Positions 14,212 through 26,920 of a stretch of DNA of 64,000 bases are shown piece by piece (within the stretch, counting starts at the first letter, position 1; every line of letters begins with the position of its first letter). The position numbers and the translations under genes were made by a program. Origin of the DNA: Octopus sinensis (lineage: Eukaryota). The stretch spans positions 84,258,001-84,322,000 of the forward strand of contig NC_043003.1 of assembly GCF_006345805.1 (NCBI RefSeq), read 5' to 3'. The notes beneath the pieces were generated by a model. That model was given only the letters and a program-made list of their open reading frames with translations, searched no databases and was not told the origin of the DNA.

Positions 14212-14494
14212 GTAAGAAAGAGAGAGAAAAGGAAAAAGAGAAATACACATGTGTGTATAATGTGTGCAAGCTAATATGTATTAATGTGTATGTGTGTAAA
14301 GATCTGTGCTTGACAGAGTGTGTGTATGTGTGTATGTCTGTGAGCGTTAGTATATACTAGTGGGAAAATGTGTATAATTACACATGGGTCCTGGTGATAC
14401 ACATACAAATATACATATAACAAAGTGTGTGTATATATGTGAAAATATGTATACATGTATGATTGTGTATGCGTGAAAGCGTGTTATTGTTTAC

Positions 14495-14662
14495 ACCCAG
14501 GTCATCCATAATCGAGTACACTTATGATCAAAGGCATTCCAACCATGTCCAACCTGACATCTTTTTTACATTATTCAATGTGTCCCATATTTAAAACGGT
14601 GGGATGTGATATGATGTGATATGAAGAGATTTGGGTTGATATTTCTAGCGAGCTAAGTGACC
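14495..14662 (-). mobile_element. Family C repeat, diverged
   Basis: GATCAAAGGCATTCCAACCATG and ATTTCTAGCGAGC are reverse complements of family C motifs. Confidence 0.55.
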
Positions 14663-14792
14663 ATACAGAGGTTTCCTTTTTGGTTCATTCTTAGCTGTGC
14701 AAGTTGGTGCGTGTGTGTTTATGTTTGTGTTGTGTGTGTATGCGCGGGAGAGTGTGGGTACATGATGTTTCAGCATCCATTCGTGACCATAT

Positions 14793-14861
<69 letters not shown>

Positions 14862-14864
<3 letters not shown>

Positions 14865-15223
14865 CTTCCCAACCACATAGTTCCAGTTCGCTTCCACTGC
14901 GTGGTACCTTCCACTATAGCCTCCGCCCGACCAAAGCCTTGTGAGTGGGTTTTGTAGATGGAAACTGATAGAAGCATGTCGCGCGCGCGAGCGTGTGTGT
15001 GCGTGTATGTATGCATATATGTATGTACCGATGTGTGTGTGTGTTCCTCCTACCACCACCAGCGCTTGACAACCGGCGGTGATGTGTTTACGTCCCGTAA
15101 GTTAGCGCTTCAGCAAAATAGATCGATAGAATAACTGCTTGGCTTTAAAAAAAAAAGAAGTACTGGTGTACTAAAAATTCTTCAAGGCGGTGGCTGCAGT
15201 TTAATGACTGAAACAAGTAAAAG
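14862..15223 (+). mobile_element. SINE family A, diverged, 5'-truncated
   Basis: CCGACCAAAGCCTTGTGAGTGG, GCTTGACAACCGG and tail GACTGAAACAAGTAAAAG. Confidence 0.85.
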
Positions 15224-15288
15224 CTGCGTGTGTGTATGTATGTATGTATGTATGTATGTACGTTTGTGCATGTATATATGGAACTTAC

Positions 15289-15391
15289 CTTCGTTACTGG
15301 TTGGTGTAGGGTCAGCAGGTGGTTCCGAAGGACTCCTGTTTGGAGCGGGTCCATCCATATTTTCCATAGTGTTAAGATCAGAGAGAGAGAC
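15289..15391 (-). CDS. Candidate coding exon (VSLSDLNTMENMDGPAPNRSPSEPPADPTPTSNE), possibly a first coding exon
   Basis: GC-richer unique island between microsatellites; open Pro/Ser-rich frame ending AACGAAG|GTAAGT (perfect donor); possible acceptor TATCAG|G or internal ATG. No homology recognised. Confidence 0.45.
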
Positions 15392-15570
15392 CTGATATGC
15401 AAGAGGCGCCGCTATTTTGATTCCGGGGGAGGTGCGTGTGTAATAACAATTAAATATTACCAATTATATACATATATATATTTTTATGATTTTTTTTCAA
15501 AAATATATATGTATGTATTGTATAAATTTATATATTCAAATTAATAGATACATATACATACATACATACG

Positions 15571-15607
<37 letters not shown>

Positions 15608-15954
15608 AAAATTATCTATACACTATACAGATACGTTAGGTTCTGCAGATGTACATGGGAGAAATTTGTGTGAGAAAAAAAATATATATATATTTTTGTT
15701 GGGTAGTCTTATTTTTCGTTGAAAAATTTTTTTTGTATAAATTTTCTTTTTTTAAAATATATATATTTATATATATTTGTTTTCCTTTCTACCCCTTTTT
15801 TTTTAGTTATTATTATTTTTTTTTTTTAAACTTAAGACACTGGAATAAAATAAGTATAACGAAGGACGAAGAATTAAAAATCCAGGTTCGAAATGGAAAA
15901 AAAGAAACAGTCGCAGTGATTAAGACTTCAATGTAGAAGTGAAAGTGGGTGAAG

Positions 15955-16094
15955 ATGGTGGTGATGGTGGTGGTGGTGATGATGGTGGTGGTGGTGGGGT
16001 GGTGGTGGTGATGACGGCGACGTCGGGGGGAAGAAATAAGATGAAATGCCAGAAGATAATTCTTTCTGAGTGATGGATGACTAGGAAACTAAAA

Positions 16095-16136
<42 letters not shown>

Positions 16137-16443
16137 AAGTAGTAGTAGTAGTAGTGGTGGTAACAGCAGCAGCTATATACTATAGCAGTAGTTGTGCCTG
16201 TTTATACTAGATGTAGAGAGCTAAAGTAGGGCCGGTAGCAGCAGCAGCAGCAGCAGCAGTAGCAGCAGCAGCGGTGACAGCAGTCGTAGTAGTAGCAAAT
16301 AGTAGTCGCTGCTGGGTTTCGATAAGCGGCAAAATAATGGTCGAGGTAGATCTGGTGCTACAATAGCAGCATCAACAATAACAGCAACAACAACAATAAC
16401 ACCACTACCACCACCACCACCAACAACAACAACAGAGGCAACT

Positions 16444-16482
<39 letters not shown>

Positions 16483-16800
16483 TTGAAGACAGTAGTTGTG
16501 AGGGTGGTAGTGGTGGCGATAGTGTCAGTGACAAACGGTTGCAGAAGTGGTGAGATGCTAGTTGAACGATGGTTTGCGATTTGTTTGTGAGAGAATTATA
16601 TTATTATTATTATTATTATTATTATTGTACAATGAATGTCAATGTGTAATATGGATGTTATACTGAAAAATATATTTTGAAAAAAAGAAATCTATGTTAG
16701 TCTCTGTATTAATTATAGTGTTTATTATTGATGTTGTTGTTGCTGCTAAAGTTGTTGCTGTTGTTGTTGTTTTTAGTGTTGTTATTATTGTTATGGGTTT
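15955..16800. repeat. Chain of trinucleotide microsatellites (GGT, GTA, GCA, ACA/ACC, TTA, TTG)
   Basis: Direct reading. Confidence 0.85.
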
Positions 16801-16919
16801 TTAACTTTTATTGAAGTCGAATACAACTCTATCAGAGATTACTCTGATGATAGTGAAGGAAAAAAGAAGAAAAAAACCCCCCAGAAAAACTGGGATTAAA
16901 ATAAGGATTTAAAAAAGTC

Positions 16920-16948
16920 ATGACGATGTAGACAAAATAGTAGTAGTA

Positions 16949-16999
<51 letters not shown>

Positions 17000-19900
17000 C
17001 AACAACAACAACAAAGAGTAAGAAGTAGAGAGGGAAAGAGAGAAGAGAGAAAGAAAGGCAGAATGGTGTTGGTGATGAGAATGCTGGCGAGATTATGATA
17101 AACAAAGGTTAAAGAACGAAAGAGGAGCGAAAAGAAATAATGTTGTTACGAAGAAAGTTGAAAAATAAATAGAATGACAGAGAAGGATGAAAGAATAAAA
17201 ATAATAATTTGGGGAAGGAAGAAGGAAACGAAGACAAGATGACTAACGGAGAAAGAATAGTAATGACGATAACTTAATAACAGAAGCAGAAGTAAAAAGT
17301 GGGAGAAATTAGATGATATTAAATTGATGAAAAAGTGAATAAAAGGAGGTAGACGAAAATGTAAAGGAAAAGAATAAAGTAGATAGAAGTTAGGAAAGTA
17401 AGAACGAAAGGTAGACGAAGAGATAGAAGAAATTGATGAAAGGACAAAAACCGTGGATGAGAGACGAAAATAGGTCAAAGAAAGAGGAAATTAGACGAAG
17501 GAAAATATATGCGGGTAAAAGGAGAAAGAATTGGGCAAAATAAGGAAGTAGATGAAATGAGAAGAAATAACAAAAAAAAGAAGAAAGTAGACAAAAGAAG
17601 AAGAAAATAGAAGAAAGAGGAAAGGAAATGAAAGAAGTGGGAATAACATGCGAGGAGAAAGTAGACGAAAGAAAAAGAAAGTAGATGAAAGAGAAAAACT
17701 TCAGAAGAAAGACGATGAAAAAAAATGTAGATGAAAGAAGAAAGTAGCCAACCGTAGGAGAAAGTAAACAAAATGAGATGTAAAAAAAAAAGAAAGAAAA
17801 GTAGAAGACGAAAGTGGGGTGAAAGGTGGAGAAAGTAGGTGAAATAAACAGGAGACAACGGAAGAATGTTGGTGAGAACTAGATAACAGCAGATGAAAGA
17901 ATAAAAGGTGAACGACAGAATGAAGAATTAGTCAAAAAGAAGTAAGTGGACAGAAGCTGAAGTGGATGAATGATTTGTTTTTTTAAAAGATGAAAGAAGG
18001 GGGTAATTGAAAGAAAGAAGTAGCTGTGTGAAATTAGGGTCGGTTAGATGAAAGTATGGAGGGAGAAGAAGAAGAAAGAAGTGAAAGAAAGATGAAGTAA
18101 GTAATTTAATGAAGGACGAACAAGTAGTTAAAAGAAGAGAAAAATAAATGAAAGAACAGGGTGAATTTAAAAAAGCATAAACACTTGGAAAGATAGAGTT
18201 AAGTCTAAAGAATATGGATGAAAACTAAAGAAGCTAGTTGACAGAGAAAGTTGATGAAAGATGAAACAAAAAGCCAAAAGATGCAAGCCCTTGGCGAAAG
18301 AATAGATAAAAAAAGAAATGAAACAAAAGAAGAGAGCAGGAAGAGAAAGTAGAGAAAAGTTGGAGATGATAGGTGCTTGAAGAAATTAAAGGAAAGAAGA
18401 TATATTCTTTATTTATGTGAAAGAAGAAACCAGACTAAGAAAAAAAAGGGGGGGGGCGTATCGTAAAGAAAGGAGAAATTCGGTGAAAGAAGAAAACAGA
18501 AAAAGTAGACGAGAGAAGACTAAACTAAACGAAAGTAGAGAAAAGAAAAAAGAAATGAGAAGAAACTAGATAGGGGAATAAGACAAAAGAAAAAATTAGA
18601 CAAAGTGAAAGAAAGTTGATGAAAGAAAAAGAAAAGAGGCAGAAAAGGAAAATACACGAAATAGAAGGAAAAGTAGAAGAACGAAGAAGAAAGGAAGAGA
18701 AAAAGAAAACAGCCTACGAAAGAAGAAAGTAAAGGAAAAGAAGTAGATGAAAAGAGGAAAATAGACAGATTTTTAAAAATTACAAAAGAAAGAAAGTAGA
18801 CGAAATAAGAATTATATGCGAAAGGAACAGAAAGTAAATGAAAGGTTGAATGTAGACAGAAGAATGAAAAACTAAACAAAAATAAAACAAAAAAAATCAG
18901 AGACTGAAAGCAAAGAAAGAATGGGAAGAAAGGAGAAAATATGTGAGATTTGAATTAAGCTGATCAAATGAGTAAAAAGTGTAAAAAAAAGAAAAAAAGA
19001 AAAACGAAAGACAAAATGGAAAGAGGAAAGTAAATGAAAAAAATAGAAACGGATTAGAGAAGCAAGTAAATGAAAGAGGAGAAAAGTAATGAAAAAAGAA
19101 ATAGAAGAAAGAAGAAAACAGAAATGAAAGTTAGGAATTGGTTAGAAAGTGGGAAGGATAAAAGTGGACGAACGAATTTTTAAAAAATGAACGAAGAAAT
19201 ACTTGTAAGAAGAAAATGTGTGAAGGAAGAAGCAGGTAAACGAAACAAGTAGAAAATAGAAAAAAAAACGTGAAGGTAGACAAGGAAAGAAGAAATTTGA
19301 TGAAAGAGGAATGAAATAGGAAAATATGAGACGGGAAATGAATGCAGACGATAGAAAATGAAGAAGACACTAGATGAAAGAAAAAGTAAAAAAAGAAACA
19401 TGAGAAAAGAAAAATATCTGAAGGAAAGAAGGAAGGAAGAAAACAGGAAAAGAAGAAACCAGCCGAAAGAAGAAAACTAGAGGAAACTAGACCAGATAAA
19501 AGTAAAGGAAAAAAAAGAAAAACGAGGAGAAAGAAGAGAGTAGATGAATGAAAGGAATGAATGACATAAGTGAATAGCGAAAAATGAAAAAAATAGGCAA
19601 AGTAAAAAGAAAGAAGCAGACGAAAGAAAAAACGAGACGAAAGGGGAAAGTAAACGAAAAGAAAAAGAAGTAGAGAAAAGAAGAAGAAACTAGAAGGAAG
19701 TGGAGACGATCAAACGTGTTGAAAGCGGGTGGAAATTGAAGCGAAAAGAAAGAGCATGAACTAAGAGAAAACTAAAAATGAAAAAAGAGGAAACGAAACA
19801 AGAAGAGAATAGATGAAAAAGGAAATAGACAAACGATGAGGAAACTAGATAAAAGTGAAATAGATGAAAGCAGGAAAGAATGAGGAACGAGACGAAAGAA

Positions 19901-20950
19901 GAGGAAAGAAAAGAAGTAAAAGAAAGACAAAACAGAAAGAAGTAAAGCGGTAGAAAAGAGATGAAAAAGGCAGGAAAACGACAAAAAAAAAATCCCTCCA
20001 AAACAAGAGGAAACTTGTTGGAATAAGGAACTTGACAAAAGATAGAAAAGAAACGAAAGAAGAAATTGACGAAGAAAGAAGTCAGGAACTACAGGCGGTA
20101 AGAAGTTGGTAAAAGTTGGAAGAGATGGTAAAATTAGATGAGAAGAGATGAGACTGAAGTTGGCAAAATTAGATGAGAAATGTACGACAGAAGAATGTAG
20201 ATGAAAAAACAAAAGTAGAAAGCAAAATTGGGATGTAAACGACAGAGAAAGACAAGCAGACAAAAGAAGGAAAATGCAGCAGAACAAAGGAATTTGAAGA
20301 AGAAAAAAACTAAGCGAAGAAGAAATTACATAAATGAAGTAGAGGAGAGAAAGAATAAGAAGAAATTTGAAAGAAAGTAGTCGAAAGAAGCTAGGTGAAA
20401 GATATACGAAATAGGTGAAAGAAAAGTAGAGAAGAAAGAAGCTAGTGGAAAGAAAAAAATAAACGAAAAGGAAGAAACCAGACGAACGAAGATACAATTA
20501 AAGGAAAATAAGTTAAATTAATCGAATGAAAAATAAAGTAGGCGGAAAAAGAAATCAGAGGAAAGAAGAATGCAGAGAAAAAAATTAGATGAAACACTAA
20601 TAAAATAGAAAAGAGAAGTGGATGAAGGAAGAGGAAACTAGGACGGGAAGAAATTAGGACAAAAACCAAATGAATGCCGAAAAGGGAGAAATTGGGGGGG
20701 GGGAGAACCTCGAAAATAATATTAATAAGAAGAAAAAGAAGAGAAGGAAATGACACAGAAGACCGGTTGGGGAAAGAAACTTGATGAAGGGAGAAAGAAA
20801 AAAAAATCCAAAACAAGACATATGAAGAAGGTAGATGAAAGAATAAAAGGAAGGAAGGAAGGAAGGAAGGAAGAAAATAGGAGGAAATGATCAGGAGTGT
20901 ATAAATTAAGAGGAAGGTGTATGAACGAACGAAAGAAAAACGTCGAGGAA
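16920..20950. repeat. ~4 kb purine-rich low-complexity tract with recurrent AAAGTAGAYGAAA motif
   Basis: Plus strand is overwhelmingly A/G; the motif recurs e.g. near 17660, 17680, 18500, 18740, 18793. Minus-strand F/L/S-rich ORFs here are artefacts. Confidence 0.9.
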
Positions 20951-21123
20951 TGACGAGAGATGTACATATGTATGACCATGTGAGTGTGTATATATATGTG
21001 TGTATACGTACGCATCTATGTACGCATATATTTATATACACACATACATATGAGTGTAGACGCACACTAATATATCAATATATACACATTCGCATAACAC
21101 ATATATAAATATATTCTCTTTCT

Positions 21124-21329
21124 CTCTTTTACTTGTTTCAGTCATTTGACTGCGGCCATGCTGGAGCACCGCCTTTTTTTTAGTCGAGCAAATCGACCCC
21201 GGGACTTATTCTTTGTAAGCCCAGTACTTATTCTATCGGTCTCTTTTGCCGAACCGCTAAGTGACGGGGACGTAAACACGCCAGCATCGGTTGTCAAGCA
21301 ATGCTAGGGGGACAAACACAGACACACAA

Positions 21330-21364
<35 letters not shown>

Positions 21365-21527
21365 CATATATACGACAGGCTTCTTTCAGTTTCCGTCTAC
21401 CAAATCCACTCACAAGACATTGGTCGACCCGAGGGCTATAGCAGAAGACACTTGCCCAAGATGCCACGCAGTGGGACTGAACCCGGAACCATGTGGTTGG
21501 TTAGCAAGCTACTTACCACACAGCCAC
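21124..21527 (-). mobile_element. SINE family A, young full-length copy
   Basis: Intact head (GTGGCTGTGTGGTAAGTAGC...GGGTTCAGTCCC), internal (TA)(TG) tract and tail; nearly identical to 40766-41172. Confidence 0.95.
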
Positions 21528-21889
21528 AAAAAAGAACTCGAAGACGAGGTAAAAGAACAGAGATGCAGACTCAATTCAATTTGCATATACTGATGCGAGT
21601 CAATAAACTCATAAAACAGAAGCTGCTCTCAACTTGTTTATTGCGCTTGTTTACACGGACCACCAAACGCTTTTACCGTCAGGTATTTTGGAAAATTAAA
21701 AATCTAATATGTTTCAAAGTCTAGACATCAATCGCCTGCTTTACATGCATTTATATACCTGAAAACGCATTCTTCCGGTATGCATTACCCGCAGTAACGC
21801 ACGCACGCGCGCGCGCGCGCACACACACACACACACATACACACACGCACACACACACACAGACACACACACACACGCATATATATATG

Positions 21890-21923
<34 letters not shown>

Positions 21924-22192
21924 TATATAGATAGATAGATAGATAGATGCATACATACATACTCACACACACATACATATACACATACATAAACATACAT
22001 ACACATATATATATACATACATATAAATATACATATATGCATACACACACACACACACATATATATATTTACATATATATATATATATACATATATATAC
22101 ATATATATACATATATGTACATATATATATATACATATATATACATATACATATATATACATATATATACATATATGTACATATATACATAT

Positions 22193-23493
22193 GATTGATT
22201 GATTGATTGATTCCAGTTTCAGCTTATGAGCTGTGGCCATGCTGGGGCACCGCCATTTGGTGTTGCTACTTGGTTTCACTTCATGGAGGCTTTCTAGCAA
22301 CTGCTATTTGGTGCATGAGAGAGTTCGATGCAGCTGCCCTCATCTGCCCCTCCTGCCGTGAAGTTGGTTCATCTGGGACACCTGACAGGAAGAGATCCAG
22401 CTCCATTTTAAAGACATCTGTATCCACCCCATGCAGGTCTCTCTCAGGTTCATCGGGAGGATTTGAAGAGCTGTGGGCCTCGGAAGCCCAGGCTATCACA
22501 GAATCTTGTCCTACATCTTGATGGCAAGTTTGGAGTCCTAGGCACCACGCAGTGGCGCCCAGTTCTGGCGTTGCGTAACTCTCGATGCCAAAGTTCAGGA
22601 CACTTCCCTCCAGGATCTTCAGATGTATATTATGGCATATCTTTCCCGCCTACGCTCCAGGGAATATAATTTTAATCTCTTGAGTCTTTCCCAGTAGCTT
22701 ACATCTGCATAGAGGCTATCTTCTTCGTGTAGCTTCGTTGGATCGCCTCAAGTTCTGTGATCAACTTGACACTGGATGGTGACCATAGCTGAGAGCAATA
22801 GTCAAAGTGACTTAGGACAAGTGTCTTCCAGAGGACCATCATGGTTTCTTGTTCTCTTGTTCTAAAGGTTCTAAGAATCCATCCAGCCAGGCGTCTGCAT
22901 TTCACTGTCAGTTTAGCAACATGTACATGAAAGGTCGCGTCATCACTCATGTGAATACCCAGGTCACGCACTGATTGTGCCTCTGGGATTGCAATCCCTC
23001 CGGGTCCAGTGTATTCCTTGGGTATTGCATTCAGTTTTGCATGCTGATAGTATAAAGCTTGAAACTTTTCAGCATTGAACTGCATGCTATTCTTTTCAGC
23101 CCACTTGTAATTTCGTCCAGCTCATATTGCAGGTGCCTAGTGTCTTCAGGGTTCTGTATTGCCTGGAAACTTTTGTATCATCTGCATAACTTGTGATCGT
23201 GGCTCTCCGCGTGGCTGAGGGCATGTCTGAGAGGGCCATTATGAACAGTAGTGGTCCCAAACAGTGCCCTGTGGAACACCGCTCACTATTTGCGTGCTAA
23301 TGGAAGTGGCCCCATTGGCTACTACCACCTGACTTCTATCTTCAGAAAGTCGTGAAGCCATTCTCCTAGTTTTCCAACTATGCCAAGATCACGCAGTTTG
23401 TGACATATCATCTCCATGATCGACTTTATCGAAGGCCTTTGCGAAGTCGATATATATGACTTCCACATTTGAGTGGTTGAGCAGTTGAGGTGT

Positions 23494-23496
<3 letters not shown>
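22193..23496 (-). mobile_element. 5'-truncated, frameshifted CR1-type LINE (RT C-terminal half, 3' UTR, (AATC)n tail)
   Basis: Motifs VIYIDFAKAFDKVDH, SGVPQGTVLGPLLF, SYADDTK, MQFNAEKF, VRDLGI, DYCSQLWSP, VPDEP; stop at 22281; tandem GATT tail at 22193-22212. Confidence 0.93.
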
Positions 23497-23579
<83 letters not shown>

Positions 23580-23590
23580 TATACATATAT

Positions 23591-24480
23591 GGTGTTTCTT
23601 TATGGCCACATAGGGCTGAACACAGAGGGGACAAAATACAAAGTAGAAATTTTCTTTTGGGAAGAAGAGAAAAAAAGTGGGTCGAATTTCGATCAAAAGG
23701 GATCGTGGAAAAAAAAGAAAGAAAAAAAAACAGAAAAAGAAAGGCCGATCAATAGGGATCGTGTATCACAGAAATGTCAATGTAAAAGGAGAAAACAGAT
23801 TAGGTTTATCCGTGGAAAGAAAAGCTACGAAAAAGACCACGGTAGCCTTGGGCAATAGTGCCATGCAAAAAAACACATTACAGTAAGTGACTCTCTTTTT
23901 TCTTTTTCTTTTTTTGGGTTCATAGGATTATGCTCAAGCTGGCTCCGTCGTTCACACGTGCCATCCTTGCTACATTCACCCAGATTTTTTTGCAACATTC
24001 ACTAGACAAAACTTCCCTCTCTACTCTCATCTTCCTCTTCAAGTGATACATGAAGAAGTTGATGAGAGATTGACCGGAGAGGAAAGTGTCTCTAAACCTT
24101 TCAGACGCGTCCACCATACACATTCCTTCGCCATACCACAAGTGAAGGAAGCTCGACAATATTCAGGATAGACTCGGTTGATAAACTGACTCGTCCCACA
24201 CGCGATAGCAGTCGTTCGACATAGGCCCACAAGTCGGAAATGGTTGGACACAGTACGAGTGCGTGCAGGACGGTTTTGTCGTTCTGACCGCATCTCGGGC
24301 AGGTCGGCCCCGTGTTTCTCGAACCATGCCTGTAGTGCTTATCCCGAACGGATAGCGCTTCTCGATAGCATTGCCAGGCCAGGGATCTCTGGAAGTTGTC
24401 CATAGGTCCCAACCTGAAAGTCGTCTTGAACAGGCGGGTCAGGTATTCCTCGTCGACGCTCAGGTTCGCCCCTAGATCAG
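23591..24480 (-). mobile_element. 3' fragment of an L1/Tx1-type LINE (ORF2 C-terminal zinc knuckle plus T-rich 3' UTR)
   Basis: CPRCGQNDKTVLHALVLCPTISDLW matches the Cx2C-x7-H-x4-C zf-RVT knuckle; one frameshift near 24150; stop at 23920. Confidence 0.85.
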
Positions 24481-24570
24481 AATTAACACTAGTTTAAATT
24501 TCGTTTAATATTACTCTGGCGAGCATTTCCAAGGACATGGGTGACAGAGTGATACCTTTCCAGTTTTCAC

Positions 24571-24827
24571 GCTCAAGTAGAACCTTCCCGAGTCATATAG
24601 TCTTGCAGGGTCGCTTTCCGGTTTCCGTGGAGTATGTATTTCCTATCTGAACGGGACTCTGTTCCGTCCCAGGAATACTCATTTATAGCCTGCTAAGTGG
24701 ACTGGAGCAAGATGGAATGAAGCGTTTGGCTCAAGAACAATATGCGTCGCCCGGTCCAGGAATCGCGAAACCACAATCTTCCTATCATGAATCCAACGCC
24801 TTAACCACTAAACCACGCGCCTCCACC
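24571..24827 (-). mobile_element. tRNA-headed SINE, family D (single copy here)
   Basis: Head GGCGCGTGGTTTAGTGGTTAAGGCGTTGGATTCATGAT with an A-box-like sequence, followed by a non-tRNA body. Confidence 0.7.
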
Positions 24828-25154
24828 ATCCCTTCTTGGATATTTTAACTATAACACATTTCCTCCATCCTTTGGGAATCTCACTTGTTACTGAGATACA
24901 ATTAAACAGTCAGTTGTGCACAATTAGTGTTATAAATCCATCAGCTTTTGCCATCTCGGGTTCGATTCTTTCTTCACTTGGTGCTTTATGATTCTTTGCA
25001 ATTGTTGTGACCTCTGCTAGTGCGATTTCTCCGTTACAATGTCGTGATCCCGTTTAGCTGGCGAAATAGTATATGAAACAGGTCTAGTTCCTACTGTTTT
25101 AAGAGTTTTTTTTTCATTTAGTATTTAGAACTTTATTTTTGATTACCTTTCCAG

Positions 25155-25267
25155 GGTTCCATAAAAAGTAAAGTTCCAGAAATGCAACGACAACAGATTC
25201 GCTATAAATTTAAAGCCCACGAAACAACTCGAAGTTTGAACCTTAGTCCCGAGCAGCCCTTAATTGG
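25155..25267 (+). CDS. Candidate 113-bp exon (GSIKSKVPEMQRQQIRYKFKAHETTRSLNLSPEQPLIG)
   Basis: Acceptor TTACCTTTCCAG, donor GTAAGG, single open frame in unique sequence. No homology recognised. Confidence 0.33.
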
Positions 25268-26215
25268 GTAAGGAATGTATTAGCTGATAACTAATAAATT
25301 CATAAATCCATCCTTAAATATACGGTTGCGATATGGAATATGCACGCCTTAAATTAAGATGGAAAAAAATAGAACAACTTGCATCAATTTGATATATATT
25401 ATTTAGACATCTGTACCATTAATGGAGATAAGATTAACTGGATTTGATATCGTTAAACTTAAAAATAAAAAAAATGTTCTTCGTTCAGGAAGTGATGGTA
25501 CACTACAGCATAAAGGAGTAGGACTATTAGCGTGTGAACGAGGGGGTGAAGCACTTAGTGAATATCAACCAATTGATAACATGATTTTATGAGACAGGTA
25601 CAAATCTAAACTTAAGAAATATTAGTATATTTGTGCGTAATGTCACAAATAAAACAACTAAGAATAAAAAAGAATGCTTCAAGTGGAAGTTGGGAAAATA
25701 ACAAATCGTGACTTACTGCTGTATATAACAGGTTTTAACACCAAACTATACACTGCAATGGCAGTTGTATTTTAATATATAGAGCAACAAGGAATGGGGA
25801 GAAATTGAATATGTATCACGGTTTGCTAGTTTTTGTATAGAAATGAATTTATAATTGGTGATACATATTTAGAAAATCGAAATATAGACAAATATAATTG
25901 AGCGTAATCGCAAAATCAATTACAGTTAATAAATTGCATACGACCTCAAAAAAAAAAAAAAGATGTAAAGACTTTAAAAAATAACGTTTTATGGGAGGCG
26001 ACAATCGACTCACAATGCCTAAGTTTAAAAATTAATCTAATGCAATATGATGACAACTAGAATTTCGAGGCCAAAGTTTGATATAAAGAAAATGAGAATT
26101 GAAAAAAATGTAAAGAGTTTATGAGTAAATGTAGGAACAGGGTTGTTATTGAAATTACATAAATGTATCAAAAAAGGAGAGCGTAAAGAATATGCATTAT
26201 ATGTCGAATAAATAT

Positions 26216-26370
26216 TGATTTCAAATTTTGGCACAAGGCCAGCAATTTCGGTCCTCGAAAGGATGAAAGTCAAGACTGACCTTAGCGTAATTTGAACTCA
26301 GGACGCAAAGACTGACAAAATGCTGCTAAGCATTTGGTCCGGCGTCCTAACGATTCTGCCAGCTCACCGA
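26216..26370 (-). mobile_element. SINE family B, internally deleted
   Basis: GGCACAAGGCCAGCAATTTC...GAAAGGATGAAAG...TTTGAACTCAG...CTAACGATTCTGCCAGCTC. Confidence 0.8.
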
Positions 26371-26920
26371 TTTATATATCAAATAAATATTGAAGAAACT
26401 CCAAAACGTTTGAGCGGAGGAAGAATTAAGAGAAAAAAGAGGATTGCACACGAAAGTTGAGACATGATACAGAAAAGGAAGATAGCAAAACCTCAAATGT
26501 GAAACTATGTGTAATTATGATTGAAGGATTACCATTTTTAAGCAGCGAATACAAAAACCTTAACAGCGATGCAAGATGACCCATTAAGAGTAAAACAATG
26601 TGCAAAATGGGATTGCGGAAAAGATTAAAGATTTATACAAGAGAGAAGACGGATAGACAGGGACTCCATCAATCAAGGTGGACCATATATCTGCACATAT
26701 ATCTGCACATATATCTGCACAAGCTAGGGTAAGACTTCTTAAGGAAGGCTCACAACTGCGCATACATGCAAGCCTCTCTAATTTCAATACCGATGTTCCC
26801 ATTAGTTTGGTATTAGTGACGTCGTAGGTAGGTGATGCCGTCAGAATGCAAATAGCTGGGAAAGTTAGTCTAAGGCTTCTTGTTTACATTGGAATTGAAC
26901 ATTTCTTTTTTTTTTATCAG

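Noticed and set aside
16832-21065. Many 100-240 aa F/L/S-rich minus-strand ORFs resembling membrane proteins
   Set aside because: All lie in the purine/pyrimidine tract; no domain motifs and overlapping frames are open.
26684-26722. Three 12-bp direct repeats (ATATATCTGCAC)
   Set aside because: Perfect tandem without spacers; ordinary slippage, not CRISPR-like.
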